A stretch of 64,000 nucleotides of DNA, from the NCBI RefSeq assembly GCF_009914755.1, contig NC_060927.1. The stretch is one strand, 5' to 3'. The notes under the pieces are model-generated. The model worked only from the letters and a program-made list of their open reading frames with translations. It ran no database searches and had not been told where the DNA came from. This DNA is from the human T2T-CHM13v2.0 reference genome, Homo sapiens. Positions 1-14,870 of the stretch are shown here, piece after piece; positions within the stretch are counted from its first letter, which is position 1; the number at the start of each line of letters is the position of its first letter. Both the position numbers and the translations under genes were made by a program.

Positions 1-840
1 CTCCCTGGATGAAAAACACCCATATACAATTATTCCCCCTGAATTTCCTAAATACTCTTCTTCTGACTGGGTAGGACCCCCCCGCCAAGGAGAACCACGC
101 GTAACTGCCGCCCACAGACATTCCCTCAAAACTTCCTCTTCTCACATGCCCCAGCTGAGTTAAAAAAAAACACACACACAAAGCCCTCTTTAACACTTTC
201 CCTCAAATATTTGCAGATAATTAATTCACTGTTCATCAGTTGAGGATGGTTCGTTTATACTTTGTAAATACAGAGGAGGCTTCTCTGGCCCCAGCAAGTG
301 CTCCTGGAGCCGAGAGTGCGTGTTAGGAAGTCAGGAGGCTGCTCCCTGGGGAAGGGCCCTTTCCAGCAGGACTGCAGGGAGCAGGCCTGCGGGCAAATGG
401 GCCTCAGATTCCCACCGTCTCTCGCAGCAGCGCCTCCTGGGTGGGTCCATGTGTGCCCTCCTCCCGGAGTCCTCCTTGCCCCCTCTGGGTGAGACTGGCC
501 CTTCTGCCTGCATGGAAGGCCAAGGGGTTTCCAGTGAGTCACTGCAGCAGCTGGCAGACCAGGGACCAAGAGAACGCCAGCCCCGGTTTTCTCCCTGCTA
601 TATTTAGAATGTTGCGGAAAATCCCATCTTCTGGTGTCCCCACCTGTTCACACATGGCAGCAGCCCCTCCGTTTCTGGCTGCCCATGCACCTCTCCCTCA
701 TGGGCTCTACTCTGAGGCCCCTCTCCTGAGGATCTCCAAAGTCTCCTGGTGGCCTTCCATCCTTCCAGGCCCCAGAGCCTTTCCTAATAAATCCTGTCTT
801 CACCAGCTCCAAACTTTGTGCCTGTGTGGCCTCCTCTGCT

Positions 841-1005
841 CAGTGGTAGTTCTCAACCTGGGCTGCATATAAGAATCCCCTCATGTATCTTTTAAAATCC
901 TGATGCCCAGGTGACACCAAAGACCAATAAATCAGGATCTCTGAGGGGTGGGGGAGGGGGAGCCCAGGCTTCAGGATTTTTTGACTCCCCAGTAATCCTG
1001 ACAGT
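841..1005. mobile_element. MER5-like hAT-Charlie MITE relic
   Basis: cagtggtagttctcaacctgggctgca...tgatgcccagg...aatcag...ctcccca resembles the MER5 consensus. Confidence 0.6.
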
Positions 1006-1904
1006 AGGCAAGGTGAGAACCATGGCTCTCAACGATCGGAGCCCTTCCTCCTGCTGACAAGCTCCCACTCTCCGACAAGACCCGGCCATCCTGCCAGCCA
1101 CCCTTCTGGCCCTCCAGGCATTGAGGATGCCCTGAGCCTGGAGGTGCCACACCCCTTCCTGAGCTGCGGGCCTTGTGGCGCCTCTGTCCCAGCAGCGCAT
1201 CCATGGCACTTACGGGCTCTCCACCTGCTTGGTCACCAGACTCAGGTCCAGTGGCCACACTGCTGGACCCTCTGCTCATTGAGGGGACCCGGCAGTGCCC
1301 TGCTTACGTGGATACCTTAATGTGGATGTTCTACCCTTAATATTTAAAGCATTTCTGGTCTGATCTATTTTGGCTTATAAACTCTTCCAGTCATTCAGCA
1401 AACACTGTTGATGCCTCCACTTCCTGCTCAGTCCAGGAATGGACTATGCTATGCAAAGATGATGAGAAGGGTCTTGGGGGAGGGAGAGGAGCGAATGGAC
1501 AACACAATGTAAGACACTGTCTTTGCCTGCCTGCAGTGGCTGCCTTGGCCTAAAGGAATAGTTCCCACGCAGGATAATACATGCTATAAAAAGCTATGCC
1601 CTTAGAGAGGGGCTGCTTGCTTTCTCTGGGGAAGACGGGTCATGTTTTCATTAGGACAACAGTTACTGTGTCCATGCATTTCTCCTTGCTTCACACCTCA
1701 CCCAGAACAAACACCCAATTAGGAACTTCAACCAATGCTTATTAATGATGCCAATACTAATAGCCTTCACATCAAAACCTTCAGAAAGAACACAAGGATG
1801 GGTGAGACGAAAGGAAATCGTGTGAGTGAGCTGAAATGCCCAGAAAATACATAAAGTAGAAACAATCGGGGAAATGCTAATTTAATAATAAACCTGGGAG
1901 TGTG

Positions 1905-2330
1905 GCATGGCAGAGATGGATAGCCATCAGCAATGTCCATTCTCTGTGTCTACCTTACCAACAGAAGTTTCTGTTGTTTGGGTCAGTAGTTAAAAATTAC
2001 AGTTCCTGCCTCCCTTGCAGCTAGGCAGAGCCCTGTGAACAGCACTGGTCAATGCAGTGGGGCTAGAGCCTGCCAGGATTTCTAAGTAAGCTTTGCCTTC
2101 CTGATAGGAGCCCAGCCCTTTTTCTCTGTCACTTCCTGCTTCCTCTACCTGTTAGAACATGAGGCTGGAGGTAGTGCCCACACAGATGAAAGCCACATGC
2201 TAAGTAGTACCAGCTGAGCAAACTACAGATGGAACCCTGGGCACTGATGGTGCCATGGAGTCCTTGCACCTGCCTCAGACATCACGTGCCCTGGAAGAAG
2301 ACAAAACTTCCCTTTGCTAACACATGCGCA
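1905..2330. mobile_element. Old MaLR LTR (MLT1J/K-like)
   Basis: cctcccttgcagctagg...tggtcaatg...gaaccctggg hallmark segments. Confidence 0.5.
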
Positions 2331-3331
2331 ATGAGAATGGATCTGCTTGAATATACAGCCACACGTTCCTCACTTATAAAATGGGGAAAATAAGATTAAT
2401 TGTTATGAGAAATTAGAGATCATATGAGAAAAGTGCCCAGTAGAGAGCCTGGCATGCAGTTGACACTGAATAAATGGCAGGAATCACAATTTTCACTGCT
2501 GGCAAGCCATTCAAACCCATGAGTTCATTTTGTACAAATTCTGAGGTTAACATGGAGAACAAAGTTAAATTAGATGCTTATTGAACATGACTCTGAGCCC
2601 ACCAATTTACCAGGCATGCTGGAGACACAGCCAGACTGCCACAACCGCGGCGCCTAGAGGTTTCTGTCTGAACAGTGAAATACTGTAATGCATTGAGCAA
2701 TGAGACCCATGGTAGTAAAATCAGTTAGCATCAGATTTACAGAAGCCAGTGTTTCCATAAATCGTGTCATAGAAACCGGGCAGTGAAACCACCATAGGCA
2801 GCTCTGTCTACTTTGTAAAGCATTTTCCTATCTATTGCTTCACTGTATCTTCAGAACGGCCTGTGCAGGCCTGAGGGGTGACCCAGCCCGCTCAGGGCAA
2901 CCACACGGGGACAAGAACCCCCTAACTCCCAGCCTCAGTCCTGCTGGTCTTGCTCAGAGCCCTGGGGTCACGCCCACCTGGGTACACAGCACAGCAGCCA
3001 GTCTACATTGTAGATGAGAAAATTAAGACTGGGGATAGTTAAACAAGGTGCAGATCACACGGCTTGGACTCCCTGTTGAGTGGACCCTGGACTGGGTGTA
3101 TTAGTGTCTGAGCCCTTCTGCTGTCTGGGATGAAAGTGCAGTAGCATGCTTCCAGCGACACCCTGGAGTGCAGATGACAACATGGCTAAAGACATGGGAG
3201 GTTTGGATGTTGGAGCCTTGGAGGTGCCATGGGCCCTGCAGCAGTGTTTTCAGCTCCGTTTTTAGTTTTCAGTGTACCTCCAATGGGCACAATAAATGTC
3301 CTGACATTCTCCTAATATTTGTTTTATTTAA

Positions 3332-3629
3332 TTTTTTTTCTTTTTGAGACAGGATCTTGCTCTTTCCTCTAGGCTGGGTACAATGGTGTGATCATGGCTT
3401 ACTGCAGCCTTGAACTCTCAGGCTCAAGTGATCTTCCCACTTCAGCCTCCTAAGTAGCTGGCACTATAGGTATATACCATGGGGCCCAGCTAATTAAAAA
3501 AAATTATTTTGTAGAGACAGGATCTCACTATGTTGCCTGGGCTGGTCTCAAACTCCTGGCCTCAAGCGATCCTCCCACCTCAGCCTCCCAAAGTGCTGGG
3601 ACTACAGGTGTGAGCCATTGCACCTTGCC
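3332..3629 (-). mobile_element. Alu (AluJ-like)
   Basis: Poly-T followed by gagacaggatcttgct...gtgagccattgcaccttgcc. Confidence 0.93.
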
Positions 3630-3657
3630 TGCTTTATTTAAATTTAAAAGCTATGTT

Positions 3658-4096
<439 letters not shown>

Positions 4097-5647
4097 CTAG
4101 ACAGTTGTGGCTGTAATGCAGCGGCGCAGGACCTTACATAACCTCAGCAATGCATCAGGAGCCACACTGTGGGCTCCAGGCCTTATTAAATAAGAGGATT
4201 TGCTGTTAAAATGCTGAACAGCGAAATACTATAATGCATTGAGCAACGAGATCCAAGCTAGTAAAATCAGTTAGCGTCAGATTTAGCATCCATTCACTCC
4301 TTTCCCTCCCCAACCTTCTAAAGAAGGTTTGACCTGGGTTCAAATCCTTCCTTCTTCACTTACTAGCACATTTCTCAGCAAGAAGGAAATACAGCCAAGA
4401 TCACTAGCCACCAGTACCTGCATCGCCAGCCTGCACAAGATCCCCAAAATGGCAGCCCACTTACTTGGCTTCCTTCTACTAAGCAAGCCACAGCAAAAGT
4501 CACACACGCACAGTCAACTGGGTTCATTTCCTGAATTAAACACTTCCCTTAGGCACTTGCCAGAGAGATTTCCATGAGTCATTCAAAGAGCTTGAAACAG
4601 GTGAACACCAACAGCCATTTTCGCACTATATTTAGAATGTCACAGAGAGCTCTGCCTCAACTCTAGATGTTATTCTGGAAACATCAAAAGGTGGGCTGTT
4701 TCTTTTCTCCCTTTATTCTAAAAAAGGAGGCTTTTAAAATTGTTTCTCAAAGTGCCACAGCCAGACAAAATAAACAAGGAACAACATTTACTTAATCCCA
4801 CAGATTTGGCCAAGTTTTATCCGATAAGAAGGTGGTTGGTGCTAAGATACAAAATAGATTCTTGGGACTCTAGCTGCATAGTACAAATATCCTTTTCCTT
4901 CACAATGTCTCTAGAACATAACGATGATGAGTGTAACAAATTTTAAAGGATGCAAATGCAATAGGAAAAAAAAATTCCTATCTGAGGCTTTTACATGTAA
5001 GAAGTGCCAAAGTTAATAATGACACAGTCCCCATACTAAAAGCCTCGGAGATGATCCTCAAATATTATTTCTCAAACAGTCTCACAAATATTACTGGGAC
5101 AGTTCGCAAAGCACTAAAGAACGTCACAACTATGATAAGAAAGAATTAGTCAATACTGTCAGTTATGAGGACGCTTGTGTATATCCAGCTGAATAAGAGC
5201 CCCTGGCAAATCACATTTGCAGCTCTTTACCTACAGAATGTCCCAGCAAGCTTTTCACCTCCTGTGCAGCTTCTCCGTACAGATAAGGCTTTCCCGCATT
5301 TACAAGGACTTCCAGGCCTCTGTCATTGCTCCCCTGTCCCTCTTTTCAGAGACATCACTTAATTATTATCCATTTTCAAATCAGATAAAATGGAAGCAAC
5401 ATTTCTGGATCTGGGCCACAATGATAGAATTTTACATTGAAGCTGTGGGGAAATCACCGTGTTCAGTCACAGAGAAGTCTTAATTTTAAAAAGTGTTAGG
5501 CAAAGAACTAAATTGGGAGACTTCCTAGCCATAGAGAATGTTGCAAACATGATTACAAAACTACATACCGACTCAGACAATGAACATTGGATTTTGATGG
5601 TTGTGGATTTTGCTACAGAACAAAGAATCAAAGACCTGGCCTGGGGT

Positions 5648-5900
5648 TGTGTGTGTGTGATTGTGTATGGATGGTATGTTTATGTATGCATGTATATGTC
5701 TATATGTATGTGTGAATGTGTGTATATGTGTGTAAATGTGTAGGTGCACATGTGTATGTATGTGTGTATGTGTGTTTTACGTGTATGTGTATAGGTACAG
5801 GTGTGTATGTGTGTGCATGTGTATGTATATGTGTATGTGTGCAAATGTGTGTATGACTATATGCATGGGTAGCTGTGTGTCCTTGTATTTGTGTGTGTGT
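5648..5900. repeat. Degenerate (TG/TA)n microsatellite
   Basis: About 250 nt of tgtgtatgtg-type repeats. Confidence 0.95.
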
Positions 5901-6363
5901 TGGGTTTTCTTGTGAACAATATGGCCTGTTGAGGCTTCTACTATTCTCCTGGTCTGAAATGCTTGGTAAACCTCGTGTGGTTAAACCAGGGTTTACACTG
6001 TACTTGAACTGACTACACCATGTCCATTTGAGGGCACTTGGAGAAAAACCAGGGCCCATTTTGAGAGAAAGCACTTTATAAATGCAGGAAAGAATTCCTT
6101 AGCCTCAGGCAAGTTCTGAGATGAACATATCCGACTTTGTTTTTCCAGTTGAGGTTTCTAATCAGCCTGCATTCAGTCTCAGACTACAGAATCTGCTCGT
6201 CAGACATTTTTTTTGTTTGTTTGCATAACTACATTTTTTTACTTTGAAACATCCGTGGGGAATAGAAGAATTGAGAAGGATGCTGGCAGTGAGATGGACT
6301 AGAGAGGGAGATCTCCAAATTGTCAGGGCCCAGCCAGCTCTGACGGCACCCTGGGACACTCAC

Positions 6364-6910
<547 letters not shown>

Positions 6911-6940
6911 TCAAATAAGAGGAGTTTGCTGTTAAAATGC

Positions 6941-7110
6941 GGGGCTTCAGAGTCACGCAGAATGGAGCCCAAATCCCTGCTCTTCCTGTGAGCTCTCAGG
7001 CAGAGCTCCAGTCCCATGAAGGTTCATTTCTTCGCCTGTAACATGGTAAGAAGAGCATCGCCCTGTGGGTGCTTGTGAGGCTCATGGGAGCTAATCGATG
7101 CCAATGGCCC
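6941..7110 (+). mobile_element. MIR relic
   Basis: ggcttcagagtca...caaatccctgctct...cctgtaacatgg...gtgagg resembles the MIR core. Confidence 0.5.
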
Positions 7111-7481
7111 AGGCAGAGTGCTGGCGCGGGGCAGGCAGGTCCTCCACCAGGGCCTGCTTCCTCCCTCGGGGGCGAATGTGGCAGCATTTAGATTCCAAAC
7201 TATCCAATTTTCAAGACCTATATTCTTAGCAGAAGACCTACGGAGAGCTAGAGTCTCCTTCAGGCACGGAGTAAATGCCATGAGCGATACCCACCAACTT
7301 CTACTGCTGCTGATGGTGATGAGGGGAAAGAGGAGGAGGAGAACAAGCTGCCACCTTCCTGAGCATTTACTATGCACCCGTTCCTCTGCAACTCCACATG
7401 CAAGATTTCTAACTCTCCAGTCATCAGATGATTTATCTTCTTTACAGATGAGAGTGAAATGCATAGAAGTTAAGTGAGTTG

Positions 7482-7744
7482 GGCCAGGCAAGGTGGCTCA
7501 CACCTATAATCCCAGCACTTTCGGAGGCCAAGGCGGGCAGATCACTTGAGACCAGCTTGGCCAACATGGTGAAACTCCGTCACTATAAAAAGTACAAAAA
7601 TTAACCAGGCATGGTGGCACACACCTGTAATCCCAGCTATTTGGGAGACTGAGATTGCAGTTGAGCCAAGATTGTGCCACTGCACTCCAGCTTGGGTGAC
7701 AGAGTGGGACTCTGTCTCAAAAAAAAAAAAAAAAAAAAAAAAAA
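7482..7744 (+). mobile_element. Alu with internal deletions, inserted in a MIR
   Basis: Alu arms with A27 tail, TSD agaagt(t/a)aagt(g/a)agttg. Flanks read as MIR (tttacagatgag). Confidence 0.92.
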
Positions 7745-8776
7745 GAAGTAAAGTAAGTTGTCCGAGCCACATGGCAAGTTGGCAAAACACCATTCAGAGT
7801 ATGTTGCCGCTGGCTGTCTGGTCTCCAGGAAGCTGCTATAGGGCTCAGAACACAAGCCATGGAGTCAGGACAGACGCTGCCTCGGCGGAGGCTCCCAGTG
7901 CCTGATCTGGCAACCCCTCCCGGGCCTTTCTGCTGGGCTCTGGCCCCTCTGCACACCCCTGCTGACCGTCACTCTGGTTCTCTAGTTGCCTGCCTGCTTC
8001 CTGATGCCCCCACCTTGACATCAGCCCACAACCTTCTGAGGACTGGACCCCAGAGCTGTATCCCAGCCGAGCAACATGAACAGGGGCCCAGCTGAGGACA
8101 TAGACACCTCATTCAACAGCTGTGTTCTTCCTACGACTCTTTTCAGCCAGGCTGTGTAAGGCCAGAATGGCACCAGTTTGTTTTATGGTGCTTTCATTTA
8201 GCCCCATTTTTCAAATCACCTTTGCCATCTGTCCTTTTCCTTTTCCTGCCTTTTTCCTAAAGAAGCCAGAGGAATTTTCACACCCTCTTCACTGCTCCAT
8301 GGAATGCCCAGCCACCTCCACTCAATCAGATGTGTACTTGTGTAAATGACACCTGCCCACCTGATATTTCTGGGATTGGCTGATGGGATTTCTTTCCTGC
8401 ATTTCCCTTGGCTACTGAGGAGCACGGCTGGAACTGCTAATTAGTCAGCATCTTCTGTCTTCAAAAGGGGCTGTGCTTCCAGAAGGGATAGCTCAAGTAC
8501 TTTAACCCCCTTTGGGAGCACAGCCACTACTGTCATAATTCAGGCTACTGTTAATGCAGACAGACAGGTCGTTGAGCTGGATCATGCAACTCTCCAGCCT
8601 CTCATCGCAGCCAGGGGCCACCCAGCAGAAAAGGACTTCGGGGTTCCATTTAACAACCAAAGAAATGGCACAAGGCATTGCCATCATGCCTGGAATTGCC
8701 TGTCAAGAGAATCCAGCACCAAGTCAATATGTGGAAAAACAAGTGGTCTCTTACTCTACAGCAATTCCTTCTAATC

Positions 8777-8937
8777 CAGAGGTTCTCAACTTTGGCCACA
8801 CATTGGAGTCACCTGGGGAGCTTTCAAAAAGGCTGATGCCTGGGTCCCACTCCCAGGGGACCTCTGGGTTTAATTGGTCTGAGGTTAGAAAAGCTCCCCA
8901 GTGGCTCCGATGTACAGCCAAGGTGGAGAAGCACCTG
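8777..8937. mobile_element. MER5A1-like MITE
   Basis: cagaggttctcaactttggccacacattggagtcacctggggagcttt...gtacagccaaggtggagaagcac. Confidence 0.7.
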
Positions 8938-11900
8938 TTCTCATCACAATGTTGAGCTTGGGCCATGGTGCTGCTCAGAGGCTAAGTGGAACTTAAGTGT
9001 GGTGAGAATGCAGCCATCGTAGAAACTTAGAGCAACCTTAGGGCCACCAATCTCCCTGGGGGGTATGCTGGGTAGACCACGAGTTCTAGCCATAGAGGCT
9101 GACAGATATAGCCGTCCCACTGCAGGCGGTGGGGGTCACTGCCACCCTTCTCTCTGCACAGGAAGAGCCCGTTGGCAGCACCTGTAGGCTTAGCCTTCCA
9201 CAGCCCCACACTTCCACCCCCAGGCCCGGTCAGCACCCTGAGAGCCCACCTTTGGACACCTGGACTCATTCTGATCTTCAGCTTCTATTGTGGTAAGTGG
9301 GTTTCTCCTTAGTGTCTGGATTCAGATCCTGCCTGGACCCCGATTCAGATAACTCAATCTCCCCTTCCCCCTGGCTGCCACATTTACATGTTCCCAGGAC
9401 CTTAGGGTGTTTGGTAAATCTGTCCAGCAAAGCGAAATCAAATCATGTTACCCTTCTGCTTTAAGCCTTCCAGAAACTTCGCATTGCAACAGAACAAAGG
9501 TTGTCTGCCTCTGAAACACCTCTCCCCCTCTGCCCTGCTCCCGAGCTCCGAGGCCTCCTTTCTGGTGCCCAGATGTGCCAGGCGATAGTGTGCTGTTAAA
9601 TGTTTAACAACTGGGGGTGGGGGTGGTCCTAGGGTTCCTCTGCCCACTGCAGTGCCCAGGGTGGAGCCTCCTGGAAGCCCGCCTGTGCTGTGCTTACTGG
9701 CACCAGGGTTTCCAGGTGCTTCACCTCACCCCCTGTGAGCACACCCCTCCTCCTGTGAGACCTTCCCCCCTCCTTCCCCACACACCTGCTGCAGGTGGAG
9801 CCACTGTTGCCGCTCCCTCCTCTCTTCAGACCTCTTCCCGGCCTGGTCTGGCCGGCCCTTCCCAGCTTCCTGCCCTGTTGCCACGAATACAGCTGGCCAT
9901 GTCCCAAGCTATGTGTGTCTGCATTTGTCTCTCTGGGTAAAGGGACAGACCCCAGCTCCAGGCTTCCTGATGGAAGGTCACATTCACCACTGGATGCTGG
10001 GCACTGTGTGGAAGCTTCCCCTTCAGGGTTTCACAAAACATTGTGCTTCTATTTCTGCTCCAAATATATACATGACTGAGCACTGAGAAACCCAGATGTG
10101 GAGGAAATGCACATCCCAGTTGCTGGGAGGCTGTGAACAGAGAGCAAAGTTCAGCCAGAACAACCTGGTTGGATTCCCAGTGTGACCACGCAGGACCCTG
10201 CGCAAGTCGCCTGATGGCCCTTGGCCTGTCTCCTTGGCATTGAAGTAGAAAGAATGGGATGGCAACAACAGTGGGTCCTACTTTTCTTCAGCCGAGTCTG
10301 CAAATGTGAATGTGAGCTTATTACGTGCCAGGCCCCCAGGACACTGAGATGAACAAACAACGTTGTCCCTGCCCACACACAGCTTGCAGCCACTCAGCAG
10401 AGAACACGCCTGTGAGTGTGTACTGTGAGGAGCACTGTGAGCACCATGAGGGGGTCGACAGATAAGGGAGCCCAACCTAGACTAGGGGAGCCCGACCTAG
10501 ACTCCAGGGAATAGCCAGGGAAGGCCCCTGAGTGTCTGAGTGGCTGGGAGCTGTCCTGGTGCAGGAGTCCTGCTGGGGACACACAGGTGTGCCTACTCCA
10601 GGCGCAGAAGGAAGGCCCCGAGTCCAGAGCGCCATGTGGAGGAGGAAGGTGAGAGGTACATGGAAGGCTGGGTCCACAGCCCCAGGGGCAGCAGTGGGGC
10701 ACTGGGGTTCTCCTCTGTGCAGAGGATGGTACCCAGCTGGGCAGCGACCTGATCTGACTTCAGCTTTGTGAGGATTGCAGGGCTGCTGCTAATGGAGTGG
10801 GAGACAAGAGACCACGTTCATCAAGGGGCCGACAGGGCCCTGAGCAGGTGCCAAGGAAAGTGGTTGGTTCCTGCCCTTCTTCCCCTGCCGTTCTGCAACC
10901 TCAACAACAGGCAGCAGCAGAAAATTAGCAGAGCCATTTATGCAGACAAGGCAATACCCACAGCAGCAGAAATTAGGTTGCAGAGGAGGCTGGCTAAGAT
11001 CTTTTTCCTGGAACTTCTTTAACGGCTGCAGCCAGTTGGGAGCCAGTCGTTCAGGGAGAAGGCAATGACTGTGGGAGGGGCGCCCAGCCCCAGAAGCAGA
11101 TGGCCTGCCTGGCATCCAGCCCCAGGAGGTGGGACAGCTCCCAATAAAGCACACACAGCCCTCGAGATGAACAAGCCGCAGAGCCTCTCAGAATGTACAA
11201 ACCAGGCTGCTTTATCCTCTCCATCGAAAAACGAATGCCCCTTTTATGCCTTTGTTTATTAATCAGGTGACCTAACCTCTCTGGGCCTCAGTTCGCTCAC
11301 CCGTGAAGTGGGGATAATCCTAACACCACCGACCTCAGAGAGCAATGTCGCGAGGTAAATAAGGAAATGCGGATGGGGCAGGGGTCTTGCCTGGGCTAAT
11401 GAAAGCCCCCCATCGCTGTCCACTAGGAAGCCATTTGCTCCGATGGCGCAGGTAAGCCACTTGCCGGGTGAGCCACTTGCCATGTGGAGGTGTGGGGTAA
11501 AGCTCTGGCCCTCCCACAAGCTGCTTCCTAGACCTCTGTGGGCCTCAGTTTCTCCACCTGAGACACAGGAACACTGCAGCCTCCTCCCCGGGGTTTGGAG
11601 GTAAAATGAGACAATGTGTGTGCAAGTGCACTGAGGCCCTGCGGCTCAGGATCGAGGCTTCTGCCTTCATGACCATCCTCTCTGCCTCACCCGCCTCCTG
11701 CATGAGGAGGAGGATTCAGGGCCAGGGACAACTCACATTCTCATGGTCACTGCCAGCCCCCTGGGCAAGACGCCTGCAATACACCAGCAGCCACTGCTGC
11801 CTTGAAAGGCAGAGACCAGAGCTGAGATGAAAGGGGTTCACCTCCACTGAAGGGGCCGGCCTGTTCTGGCCAGACTCTGGACTTGGCTGGACTTGCTGGC

Positions 11901-12824
11901 CCCCTGACTGCTCATCCACAGAGTGGAGATGACAGTGCCTCCCTAGGAGGCTGCCAAGAGAATTAAACGGACAGTCCCCTAGAGCACGTGGAACGGCTGG
12001 CAGAGGGGAAAACGCTAGCCTCCTTCCTGCCTGCCCTTGTCGAAGCAATGCCAGGCTCCCTTAAAGGAAGAACGGAATGCCCAGCTGAAGGAACGTTCCG
12101 TTCATTTTCTTAGGAAAATGAATATTTTGTTAGAGGAAATGTATGGTCAGAGGGATACAGTGTTTGTTCCTACCACTAGGCAGGTGGGGATGCCACCAGT
12201 CCTGGGTGAGGGGAGCCTCGGGGACACTAGTCCCACACCCCTGAGGGTGTCCTCGCTGGAGGGGTGGGAGCATCGCCTGCCGCTCCAGGCAGTGCCTGCT
12301 CTTGGTTCTTGCTTATTCCAGAGCATCCCACTCATTCGACTGGATCCCTCACTTCATCCTCCACTTCTACCAAACTCCGTCCTGCCAAATTTTATGACTT
12401 TAACAAATTTGACCGGCACGTCTGCCGTCCGGGCTGCGTGTGGGCTTGTGAGAGTGCGTTGGATCCCTTTCCAGTAACTAAGGCAGGAGAGCATGATGGC
12501 TCTGTGGAAGCCCAGATCTAACTTGTCCTTCCTCTTGGAGTTCCAGGGGGCTTTGGTTCCTCTCTGTCTCTGGCAGGGCTCCTGCAGCGACAGTGCACGG
12601 GAGACAGAAATAGAACAGAGCCAGTGAAGGAGCTAAAATCTCAGAGGAAACTAGAAATAGACTTCTCCTTTGTATAATAAAACAGATCAATAACGCCTGC
12701 CTCCCAGGGAGGGCCTTTGAGAGGACTGATTGAGAGAATTTATGGAAAATCACCAGCATGCTGCCTGGTACAGAGTTAGGCATTAAATAACATCCAGGGC
12801 TGACAGCTGACACCTTGGCCAGAT

Positions 12825-13035
12825 ACAGGTCTAAGTGTGTTATTACATATCAACTCATTTAACCCTCACAGCACCCCCATGATGTGGGTACTGTTATTAC
12901 CCCATTTTACTGATGAGAAAAGTGAGGTCCGCAGGTTGGATAGCTTGCCTGAGGTCACACAACTAGTAGGTTTTGAGCCCAGCAGAATTTTAACTCAGCC
13001 AGGCTGGCTGGTAAGTCTGCCTTCTTGACCACTGT
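12825..13035 (-). mobile_element. MIR
   Basis: aactcatttaaccctcacagcaccccc...cccattttactgatgagaaaagtgagg...gaggtcacacaactagt. Confidence 0.8.
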
Positions 13036-14001
13036 AATTAAATAATAAGACAACACCACGTAATGGTCAGGTCATGCCCCAAAAGCCCCTCACCCTGACC
13101 AGCTTATCCTCTCTCTGGTCACCTGTCCCGGCACCCCTACCCTACCCTGTACTGCAACCACAGGGAAAGACGTGTGGTTCCTCCACACCCCCTCTGTCTA
13201 TGACCCCATGATTGGGCAGAGGCCTGCTCTTGCCCTCTGCGCACTCCGCAGTCCTTCCACGCTTCCCCAACACTGAGGTAGGCGCACCCTCCTGGGGCCC
13301 TGCATTACTCTGTTCATGGCTCTTATCCAGAGTTCATCATCAGGGCGTGTAGGCCCTGTGTTCTTTGAGAAGAGATCATGTTTTATTCATTCATCCTGGT
13401 GTCCTGTCCCTAGCAGCCGGCACTGCCTCTGCTCCATGAACACTGAATGAATGAATGAATGAAATGCATCAGAGATAGGAGAGACAACTGTGGGCTGGAA
13501 CAGTCATGAAGCATTCCCGGAGGCCTACAGACCACTCCCGCAGTGCCCAGTAGTTTTGAAAGCACTCAATGCCCCAGGTTAAATCCCTTTGCTTTGCCTG
13601 GCTAGAGAGGCTTCTTGTGCTTGCAGCTGAACCTGGTTATCCAAACGCTCCACTGGAGAGGTGGGAACTCTCTTGGGCTCAAAAGGGGTGGGGGGATGTG
13701 CAAAGGGCATTAAAGGTGGGGCAGGAGGGGGTGGAATGCCAAGGGACACAAGGCCCTGAGGCATGTGGTGGCCAGGAGGAGCTGGGTATGAGTGTGAGCA
13801 AAGCCCAGCCATGGTGGGAGGAGCTGCTGTGGATCATCCCCTGTGGGCTCAGCTTCAGGAGCCCTGGGCTAGGATGTGAAAAGGCCCGGGACCCATCTAC
13901 GGCTGGAAGGAAAATTTGAGATTTGGGAACACAATGGGAATTAGACTCATCATCCCTGACACCCAACCCAATCTTAGCTTATTTTTAAAAGGCATATTTT
14001 G

Positions 14002-14464
<463 letters not shown>

Positions 14465-14649
14465 TCAGACCCAGAACAACTTTGCATCCAGCATATTTTA
14501 GCACAAATGCTGCCACCCACCTCCAAGCTATGTATTTTTTTATTATCATAAAACACTACAAATCAGAAGCCCTTGGTTACGCCAAGGTGGGTAAAGTGAC
14601 AATCACCCTGATTAGTAGTAAGTGTGCTCGCTGATTAAAAAGCAGTATC

Positions 14650-14870
14650 CTGTGGGCTGGGGCCCTGGAATCTGATTCTTTGGACTTGAATCCTGGATCT
14701 GCCCCTGACTGGCTGCAGGCCTAGGTGACAAGTGACTCAATCACTCTATGTCTCAGTTTCCTCATCTGTGAAGTGGGTACTAATGGTAGCACACACCTCC
14801 CAGAGGCTCCGTGATGATTACATTGGTAATGAGTGAAACACGAGCCCAGCGTGCATCGGAGCACTCAACC
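14650..14870 (+). mobile_element. MIR
   Basis: ttgaatcctggatctgcc...ctcagtttcctcatctgtgaagtggg. Confidence 0.75.

Noticed and set aside
425-445. CTCF-like motif (minus strand CACCCAGGAGGCGCTG)
   Set aside because: Several mismatches in the core, so not supportable from sequence alone.
3150-3245. Possible decayed copy of exon 3 (ccatgggccctgcag, caccctgg matches)
   Set aside because: Only short words match and I could not build a continuous alignment by eye. It needs a sensitive alignment.
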